NCBI GenBank assembly: GCA_040182905.1
Contig: JARQWU010000091.1
Coordinates: 1-35,116, forward strand
Source: Barthelona sp. PAP020
Lineage: Eukaryota
Direction: 5' to 3'
Length of the DNA stretch: 35,116 nt
Shown: positions 9,491-17,695 of the stretch, in pieces
Layout of the letters: every line of letters starts with the position of its first letter
Numbering within the stretch: position 1 is the first letter of the stretch
The notes under the pieces: model-generated
The model's database searches: none
Told to the model about the DNA's origin: nothing
The model's input: only the letters and a program-made list of their open reading frames with translations
Translations under genes and position numbers: made by a program

Positions 9491-11701
9491 TTAAGGTTTT
9501 GTAAACATTTGATTATGCCAGCCGTTTCCAAAGTCTCTCATATCAAATTTTTCATCATCACTGTCTGAATACGCTTTCAACAAAGTGTATTCTTGAGGTT
9601 TATTTTCTTTTGGCTTTTTGCTGATCACAAAAAAAATTACAAGGAAAACCAAAATTGAAACACAAATTCCAATGAAAATGTAAGTTAAAAATTTAAATTT
9701 GTTTTCCAAAGTTGTACAAATAAGATTAGATGTGACAGCATTGAATAATGTGAGATTGTATTGCTTTCCATTTGGATCTCCACTGAACATCAAAATTGTG
9801 ATGGTACTTGTTTGAAGGTCTTTTATAAAACCTTTTTCATTTTCAATGAGCTTTGTAATGTTTTGAATTGATATTTCTAAATTTTCAAATTGAGTGAAGA
9901 ACAAATATGGTTTAATTTCTCTTATTTCTGTAAGTTCAAAATAGAAATCTTTGATTTCATTATTATTTTGACAATCATGAACTATTGTTGTTGTTCCATC
10001 AAATATTTCAATAATACCTTGATCATTCCCCTTTAAAGAAAAAAAATATGTCCCTGAAGTAGGAAATTCAATAAAGATATCACCATCAGAATGAATTTGG
10101 TCATAAACACTGTCAAAAACGATATTATCCGATCGCTGAATGTCACTGTTGTTTTTTAAACATTCAGGTAAAATGATACCTAATTGATAGCACACATTAT
10201 TCACAATAAAACCAGCAAAACAATCAAAATTATGAGATTTGACAACACTTTCTCTTGTTAAATTATCCACCAACAGACCAATTTGTTCTTGAAAATTGAA
10301 AAAAACAACTTCAATTTCTGGTTTTTCACAAGATAAAATAATGATATTATCTTCAAAAGGAAAAACAAATCGATTTTCCATTATAAAAGCATACAAATTA
10401 CCATTGATAACGCTTTTAACAATTGTTTGTAAAACAACAAAATCTTCTTTTGATGCGCAAATATTGGTAAAATTGATAATTTCACTGTTGTTGAAAAAGG
10501 CGGTCCAACCATAAACATTTAAGGAAGAACTATCAGGAAAATTGACATTGATCAATTTTCCACTATATCTATCTGGCAAACTATTACGATGCCAAGAGGG
10601 GATTGTATACACATAAAAACTATAGTCTTTTGGGTGACCTAATAAAATTCGAGGAATTGATCCATAAGAACTATAAACAGGATTATACATAGACTCAATG
10701 TCTCTTTTTACCAATGAAGTAGTTCCAGCTTCAATATTTTCAGGATATGAATTCATTATTACCACATTTAAGCCTCTAATTATATGATATGTTCCGTCAA
10801 ATATGATAGGTGTGACTGATTTAATACAATGTGCAGTGTCTCTTTGAAAATTTTGAGAAAAATAATAATAAGCGATGTGATCTGTGTTCATCATTGGATC
10901 AAATTTTTCAACATTTGCAGACATATTTAAAAAAGATACAGCGAACATAAAAAATTCTTGATTTGGATTAACAGTCATTAACAGCAATTCGTCTTCTGGT
11001 GGAACAACAATTCTGAAATAAGCATAATCTTGATAATCACCACTTCGATAACTTTGAAGCAAATCAACGGAATAATCAGTAGAACCAGAAGAATCCAATA
11101 AAGTTGCTTGAAAGTTGATAGAAGAAGAATATACCAATGGTTTTAAAAGAACACTTATTGATTGGTACATATCACTTTTAGTTGCTATAGTACCTGTAGT
11201 GATGCGAAATTGAGGACTTTGAGGAATCAATAAGCAATCACCAACAATATAGGTGTTTTGTGTTTCGGGAGATACAATACAAGAACTAAACATAATTTCT
11301 AATGATTTCATATCATAAAATATGTTTGAATCAATGCTGATGTTTAGATAATCTCCTTTAAATAGAACAATATTGGGAGTTATCAATTCTTCAATTTTAT
11401 GAACTTCATTATTTATTTTAATTGGTTTGGATAAATATTTTAAAGGAACATCAGAAGTGATAAAAACTCCTTTATCTGCATGGACTGGAAGATCCAACAA
11501 AACCACCCGAGTTTCACAATTGTTTCCTTCACCATCAAAAATAAAGTCAAATGAAATGATTGCATTGAAGAACCTCCCTGCATAATGAATAGGTTGAAAT
11601 TCAACAACAGAACAGTTCGCAATTTCAATTTTTTCTGTATAAATAGTTCTTGCCTTCAAGCATAAAAAGAAACAGCATATTAAAAATAAAACTTTGAACA
11701 T
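9491..11701 (-). CDS. type I membrane/surface protein of unknown family
   Basis: ATG 11701 gives a signal peptide (MFKVLFLICCFFLCLKA), followed by a long beta-rich ectodomain, one TM helix (FLTYIFIGICVSILVFLVIFFVI) and a short tail with YTLL and SDSDDE. Confidence 0.8.
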   Translation of the reverse strand: MFKVLFLICCFFLCLKARTIYTEKIEIANCSVVEFQPIHYAGRFFNAIISFDFIFDGEGNNCETRVVLLDLPVHADKGVFITSDVPLKYLSKPIKINNEVHKIEELITPNIVLFKGDYLNISIDSNIFYDMKSLEIMFSSCIVSPETQNTYIVGDCLLIPQSPQFRITTGTIATKSDMYQSISVLLKPLVYSSSINFQATLLDSSGSTDYSVDLLQSYRSGDYQDYAYFRIVVPPEDELLLMTVNPNQEFFMFAVSFLNMSANVEKFDPMMNTDHIAYYYFSQNFQRDTAHCIKSVTPIIFDGTYHIIRGLNVVIMNSYPENIEAGTTSLVKRDIESMYNPVYSSYGSIPRILLGHPKDYSFYVYTIPSWHRNSLPDRYSGKLINVNFPDSSSLNVYGWTAFFNNSEIINFTNICASKEDFVVLQTIVKSVINGNLYAFIMENRFVFPFEDNIIILSCEKPEIEVVFFNFQEQIGLLVDNLTRESVVKSHNFDCFAGFIVNNVCYQLGIILPECLKNNSDIQRSDNIVFDSVYDQIHSDGDIFIEFPTSGTYFFSLKGNDQGIIEIFDGTTTIVHDCQNNNEIKDFYFELTEIREIKPYLFFTQFENLEISIQNITKLIENEKGFIKDLQTSTITILMFSGDPNGKQYNLTLFNAVTSNLICTTLENKFKFLTYIFIGICVSILVFLVIFFVISKKPKENKPQEYTLLKAYSDSDDEKFDMRDFGNGWHNQMFTKP

Positions 11702-11985
11702 AACATCAAAAAAAGTCTTTTTTACATAAAAAAACTCAATAAATTTCTTTTTGAAAGCAATAAATATTCTAAACAAGGAATGTTGATATTATTTATTTTC
11801 TTTAAAGAAAAATCTCAAACGTTCAAATGGAAAATTGTTGAAGAGGAAAGAAGATAATTTACCTTTATTGCTTCTGATGCATATTTTGTGATTTCAAAAG
11901 GTTCAAAATGTTGGATGCACAAAAACAATCACGTTAACAGTGATTTTTATTTTTTGTTATTTTCAATAATTTTTAACCATTCAAG

Positions 11986-12426
11986 ATGGATATTCATTTC
12001 AGGACATTGCAAACAGAAGATATTCATATTTTAGAATTATTAAATCAATTGACTACTGTTGGGTCAATAAGTGAAAATGAATTCATCAAACAATATTCAA
12101 AAATATTTCAAAACCCCCATCATCATGTTTTAGTTGGTACTGTTGTAACAAATGGCACTGAAAAAATAATCTGCTGTGGGACATTGTTGGTTGAATTAAA
12201 ATTTATTCACAGATGTAGTTCTGTTGGTCATATTGAAGACATAGTTGTAGATGAGAGTTATAGAGGTTTAGGCATTGGCAAGCAATTAATCAAAGAATTA
12301 ATTAATACAGCCAGAAATGAAGGTTGTTACAAATGTTTGGCTGATTGTGGAAATCACAACATTGGATTCTACGAAAAATGTGGAATGAATGTTCATGGCA
12401 ATGAAATGGCTTGCTATTTTGATTGA
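11986..12426 (+). CDS. GNA1: glucosamine-6-phosphate N-acetyltransferase (GNAT family)
   Basis: Diagnostic motifs LLNQLTTVG, ELKFIH, GHIEDIVVDESYRGLGIGK, GCYK..DC and FYEKCG. Confidence 0.95.
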   Translation: MDIHFRTLQTEDIHILELLNQLTTVGSISENEFIKQYSKIFQNPHHHVLVGTVVTNGTEKIICCGTLLVELKFIHRCSSVGHIEDIVVDESYRGLGIGKQLIKELINTARNEGCYKCLADCGNHNIGFYEKCGMNVHGNEMACYFD

Positions 12427-12888
12427 TAAAGAAATTCCTCTTTCTTTTTAACATTATTGAAACAAATTATTTTTGTTAACTTCCTTTTATTTCTTTTGAT
12501 GTATGTGTAACAAAAAAGAGTTAATTTTTTTAGAATAGAAGAAAAAAGAGTGTTGTTTGCAAAATATTTCCTTCAATGGGAAACTTCACCATTATTCATT
12601 CCCAACTTTTTGAGCTTTTTCAAGTAAACTACAGGAAATCTTGAACAATCAAGAAATATTTCATGAGAATCCAAGCCATTTGACTATTTTGAACAATTAA
12701 TCCTGCATTAATTTCACCCACGGCATTGGACGGGGTACATACAGCTGGACAATGTTTGAAATAAAAGAGTTTAGAATTTTTTGTTCACCTGAGACGGCAG
12801 TTTCAAGTTTGGAAAGTTTTGGAAAATGTTTCTACAAAGAAAAAACACACACAAAGATTTTATATTGCTTTGGAAACAATTTCTTTTT

Positions 12889-15800
12889 CTACAAAATTTC
12901 TTCATTTTCACAAATTAATTTGATATTTGGACATTCAAAACAAAATACCTCAATTTCAAATATTCCTGAGGTCAGGTCATCCAAAAGTCTTGGACACAAA
13001 TAACAATTGCAATTTTCGAGATCTAAAATGAAATAATTAAATAAAGAATGTTCACCGTCACAATAATATTCTTGTAACTCTGCAAATTCATCACTTAAAG
13101 CAGAAGAATGTTTGGCAGTTTTTATCAAATACAAAGAAAATTTAACATTTGAAGGATTTGTTGAAATTTTAAAAAAAATTTTAAAAATTCCACGTTCATA
13201 ATTTTCTGGAACAATTATTTGCCATTTATTTAAAGTTTTATTGAGTATTCCTGATTGAAACGCTAATCTTTGATAAAAAATCTTTGAGCAATTCAAAAAA
13301 ATTGTAATATCATGAAATTTTTCAATTTCATCAAAGCATATTTTTTTGTCTTCATTTCCAATGATTATAATTTCATTTTTTGGTTCATCTTTTTGTTTTC
13401 TTTGGCTTTGTTTTTTTCCAATCGTCAAAAGTTGATATATATCGAAAGGAATAGAATCAAAAGTAGTTCTAATCAAAGGAAATCGTGAAAACATGCTAAC
13501 AAATTCCATCACACTTGTTTTTTCATCAAGTTTTAAAAATTGATCAAAATTTATTCTTAATATTTCCAATAGACCTTTATGAATAATCGTAATCATATTA
13601 GTTTGATCTTTAGAATCTGTTATCAAAAAAATCTTGTCATTTTTTGTTGGAATCATTCCATCAATTAAAATGAAAGCAGCTTGACCACAGATGTAATATT
13701 TTAAAAGAAAAATACTTTTTTTGATATCAAATTGGACGAAACAATCAATTAAAATGTTTGGTTCAATATCAATCAATAATTTAATTGCTTTAAAAAAAGA
13801 AGAATTTTCAAATGAATAAGCCAAACAATTGGTTTCACTTTTAACATCCCAAAAATTGGATTCATACCTTTCATTCGACTTATTAAACCTAATAGAAGCA
13901 TAATCATTCCACAGATCGTTGTTTGAACAAAAAAAGAAATCAGATTCTAATTTGGATAAAGCAGTATAATATTTCATCACAGCTTGTTTATGATTATATG
14001 AACCATTTAAATTATTAACATTGGAAACATAATTGCAAGAAACAAAAGCATTCTTCAAAAGGCCCAATTTTATTGTAAGACCATCAACTTTGGTTCTTTC
14101 CATCGAAGGAATTTCAACAAAAAACGATTCTTTGAACTCTTTAAAATCAAATCTAGGATTATATATTTGAATCATAGTAAAAACATCATTATTATACATC
14201 TTCATAAAATCCTTTGAATCACTGATCAACAATGCCATTAAAATATCTTTGACAACATGTGAATCCAAAGGTTTTGTTTTTGGAAAAGTTTGTGTTCCAA
14301 TTGGTGAAGGATTTAGATTTTGTGGTCGATCAAGAAAATTGGTACTAGCATTGGATCTGGTTTTTGATAATCGTATTGAAGGTGTAGGACCACTCAAAGA
14401 TATGGACTTCGTTTCTCTCTCATCTTCTTTAAAAAATAAATAAGGATTCACATTGTTTTTTGCTGAATTATTTCCTTTCAATGATTTTTGCTCATTTTCT
14501 ATGATTAACAAAGAAAAAGATAATGGAAGAAAAAAAATACTTTCAATTTTTGGATGAAAATTTTGATGTTCATTTAATATTTTGTAAGTATTGAAGTACT
14601 TTTGATAATCTCTGATATAATCATTCAAAATAAAAAATAATTTTCTTTTCAATGCCAAAATTTCAATATTTAAATATTTTTGCATCTCAAAGACAAAATC
14701 CTTTAAAAATTTTAGCTCTTTCTTATTTTCTGAAAATCTTGAAATATGCAATAATAACTTGTCGGAATTGTTTAGTAATAATAAATTATACTTAAAATTA
14801 ACATAAAAACAATTTTCTTTGTCTTTTTTGGTGCTAAAATATTTCAAAAATTCAATAATTTTTCCTTCATATTTTGTTTTTGTTTTAATTCTGGAACTTA
14901 AATACTTGTAAGGTAATTGTGTCAATCTATTATGTCCTTTGGACATTAAAGGAAATTCAATTTCAATATTGTTGAAAATATATTGAAACAAATCCTTATC
15001 ATTTAAAATATCTGATATAGCCCTCATCTGCTTGGAAAAAATACTTTTTTCTTGCAAATCAACAAACATACCGACCAATAGTAACACAATTATCAATTCA
15101 GAATCAGGAATAAACAGAAATTTAATCATGAACAGAATTAAAAAATGCAGACTGATAAGTTGAGAGGGAAGAATGAATGACTGAAAGGTGTTTCCTTCTG
15201 TAGTTTTTATAAATTGGGTATGATGTGGTAATAATGGATCAAAAATAATTGAATTATATGATAAACTGTTCCAATGACTATTACGAAACAATGAAAATTC
15301 CATAACAACACAGAACAATAATAAAAAGAAAATCCAACATGAAGAAATTGAAATTTTCGTTGAAAATGGAAAAGAAATGAACTTTAAGTTTTTGAATTGA
15401 AAATCAAAATCAAAAGAAATAAAAAGAAATATTAAAGACAAAAAAATCAAGTGAAGAATATGCTTTAAATTAAACGTTGTTTCATTACTAAAATAGACAA
15501 AAATACACACACAAATACAACACAATAGAATAAAAATATCGTTAAACCAAAGAATATGTGGTTCATTTGGTCTAATTAAAAAAGGAAAAAATATAAAAAG
15601 AAAGAAAAAAACTCGTAAACGTATAGTAATCTTTGAATATTCAAAAATAACCATTGCTGTTAATACAAAAGGAATATAACATAATGATACATGCAACAAA
15701 CTTTCCGTAACAAAATTAGAATCCTTAAACCACAACATCACAATAACAATCAATACAATAATTGATGGAATACATGTTTGAAAAGATAAAGTTTTATTGA

Positions 15801-17193
15801 AATTTTTTTCTAGAAAAATGGGAAAATAAATGTAATCACAAATGATAATAACAAGTGGAAAAATTACAAAGGAAGGAAAAGAATCGATATTATTTTGAAT
15901 GTGATAAAAATAAATTAATATTAATATTAAATGCAAATGTTCAAATGTTCTAACAAATAGTGTATGTTTTTTATCAATCTTTTGAAATTTTTTAAACAAA
16001 TGAGCAAGCAAACTAAAATAAAAATATGTCACAAAAATAAAAAAAGAATGTAATAACTTGTAATCTTTCAAAAATAAAACCACAAACCAAGTGCTTGAAA
16101 TTTCAAAAAATAACAATAAATGCAAAACCCAATTCTTCTTTTCTTTGAATCGACTGAAAAATTCACACACAAAAAATAAGATGTTAAATTGAAGAAAAAT
16201 GATAAAACAACTGTTAAAAATTAAATGCAGAATAGAAATTTGATGAGAAGAATTATCAAAGAAATAGAAAAAAAGTTGAAAAATAAACAAAAAAATAACA
16301 TATTTGCAAACATCTTTAAAATTAAATTCTGATTTCATTGCAAAATTTTCAAAAAATAACACACTAACAACCAACAACAAAAAAAAATTTTTCTCCAAAG
16401 AATTCTCCTTTGGAAAGAAACTTAAAATAAGACTAATAATACATAAAACTAATGAACACAATATACTAATCGTGGGAAAATATGTTCTTTGTAAAAAAAC
16501 TCCCAAAATTGCAATGGTAAACACTAAAATAATAGAATAAATTAAATATGAAATATTTTCGTATAAACCACACCAAACTCCTAAAAAAATGCTGACAATA
16601 CCAGTAATAAAACCACAAAAATGTCTAATTTTGTAATTGAACAGATAATATTTAAAATCATCAAATTCATCATCAAATTTCCTTTCTTTAAAGGTTCTAA
16701 AATATAATATTTGTTGATAGACATTTGAAAAAGACAATAAAATTGGAATTAAAAAAATCAATAAATTGTTTTCATCTCTTACATTATAGAACAAAAATAA
16801 ATATGGAATAAACATAGAAATATACTTAAATATCTCTTTAATTAAACTAAGTAAAGATACTATACAAAATCTGATTAAAAAACAACTATAAACATAAAAA
16901 ACAACAATTAAAGAAATAAAAACGTAACTTATTGCACTGATAATAGTATTTATTCGATAAATTGGCAACATAACTATCACAGATAAACTCAATAACTCCA
17001 TTAATATCCAAAACCCAAAGACAAATTTTCCAAACAACCCATCCTTGATAAAAATCCAAGGTTTTCCTTGACAAAATGAATATAAAAAATATCGAATTAT
17101 TCCAATAATTACTATAACAATAAATGGAACAAATACATACTGATTTGCAAAATTTAGGCAAATAAGCAATAAATTATTCAAAAAAATCATCAT
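12889..17193 (-). CDS. multi-pass membrane protein with C-terminal degenerate calpain CysPc and C2L (domain III) module
   Basis: About 1434 aa from the first ATG. The first ~715 aa contain many hydrophobic segments. YYICGQAAFILIDGMIPTKNDK...IIHKGLLEI resembles calpain GEW..VVIDD.LPT..G...LLEKAYAK, and the terminal YLCPRLLDDLTSGIFEIEVFC resembles the domain III end Y.VVP.......G.F.LRVFS. The 5' end is uncertain. Confidence 0.7.
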   Translation of the reverse strand: MMIFLNNLLLICLNFANQYVFVPFIVIVIIGIIRYFLYSFCQGKPWIFIKDGLFGKFVFGFWILMELLSLSVIVMLPIYRINTIISAISYVFISLIVVFYVYSCFLIRFCIVSLLSLIKEIFKYISMFIPYLFLFYNVRDENNLLIFLIPILLSFSNVYQQILYFRTFKERKFDDEFDDFKYYLFNYKIRHFCGFITGIVSIFLGVWCGLYENISYLIYSIILVFTIAILGVFLQRTYFPTISILCSLVLCIISLILSFFPKENSLEKNFFLLLVVSVLFFENFAMKSEFNFKDVCKYVIFLFIFQLFFYFFDNSSHQISILHLIFNSCFIIFLQFNILFFVCEFFSRFKEKKNWVLHLLLFFEISSTWFVVLFLKDYKLLHSFFIFVTYFYFSLLAHLFKKFQKIDKKHTLFVRTFEHLHLILILIYFYHIQNNIDSFPSFVIFPLVIIICDYIYFPIFLEKNFNKTLSFQTCIPSIIVLIVIVMLWFKDSNFVTESLLHVSLCYIPFVLTAMVIFEYSKITIRLRVFFFLFIFFPFLIRPNEPHILWFNDIFILLCCICVCIFVYFSNETTFNLKHILHLIFLSLIFLFISFDFDFQFKNLKFISFPFSTKISISSCWIFFLLLFCVVMEFSLFRNSHWNSLSYNSIIFDPLLPHHTQFIKTTEGNTFQSFILPSQLISLHFLILFMIKFLFIPDSELIIVLLLVGMFVDLQEKSIFSKQMRAISDILNDKDLFQYIFNNIEIEFPLMSKGHNRLTQLPYKYLSSRIKTKTKYEGKIIEFLKYFSTKKDKENCFYVNFKYNLLLLNNSDKLLLHISRFSENKKELKFLKDFVFEMQKYLNIEILALKRKLFFILNDYIRDYQKYFNTYKILNEHQNFHPKIESIFFLPLSFSLLIIENEQKSLKGNNSAKNNVNPYLFFKEDERETKSISLSGPTPSIRLSKTRSNASTNFLDRPQNLNPSPIGTQTFPKTKPLDSHVVKDILMALLISDSKDFMKMYNNDVFTMIQIYNPRFDFKEFKESFFVEIPSMERTKVDGLTIKLGLLKNAFVSCNYVSNVNNLNGSYNHKQAVMKYYTALSKLESDFFFCSNNDLWNDYASIRFNKSNERYESNFWDVKSETNCLAYSFENSSFFKAIKLLIDIEPNILIDCFVQFDIKKSIFLLKYYICGQAAFILIDGMIPTKNDKIFLITDSKDQTNMITIIHKGLLEILRINFDQFLKLDEKTSVMEFVSMFSRFPLIRTTFDSIPFDIYQLLTIGKKQSQRKQKDEPKNEIIIIGNEDKKICFDEIEKFHDITIFLNCSKIFYQRLAFQSGILNKTLNKWQIIVPENYERGIFKIFFKISTNPSNVKFSLYLIKTAKHSSALSDEFAELQEYYCDGEHSLFNYFILDLENCNCYLCPRLLDDLTSGIFEIEVFCFECPNIKLICENEEIL

Positions 17194-17695
17194 CAATTAT
17201 TTCATGAATACGAATCAACAAAAATCTTGACAAAAAAAAAGGATAAATTCTTCAACGAAAATTGAAACAAATAATGTGTGAATCTATCAATAGAATAAAT
17301 GCAAACATATTTCAAATATTTATTTTTGAAAAAGATGAAAATTAATTCTTTTTTTTAAAATTTACTTCAAAAAAAAATTGTATTTTCAATACAAATTTCT
17401 TTCTTTATTCTGTGCAAATTAGCCTTCAAAAGGATCTCCATTTAATGTTTGAGTCTTTATGATATTCTGAATTGTTTTTCTTTGATCAAGAATCTTCGTA
17501 TAAAAAACTTTTATCCTGTCCTTTCATTTCTTTCTTTTAGCTTTTTTTTATTAAAAAAAAAAGAATTGCCACCATAACAAAAAATAAAAAAAAGAAATAA
17601 AACAATAATTTACATACAAATTTGCATTGATACATAAAATAATCAATTTGATTGCTTCAATCTGGTTAAGATCAAAAAGAAATCTAAAAGTTACA

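Noticed and set aside
12832..12891. Two in-frame TAG codons followed by open sequence, suggesting TAG reassignment
   Set aside because: No conserved gene in the window is interrupted by an in-frame TAG across thousands of codons.
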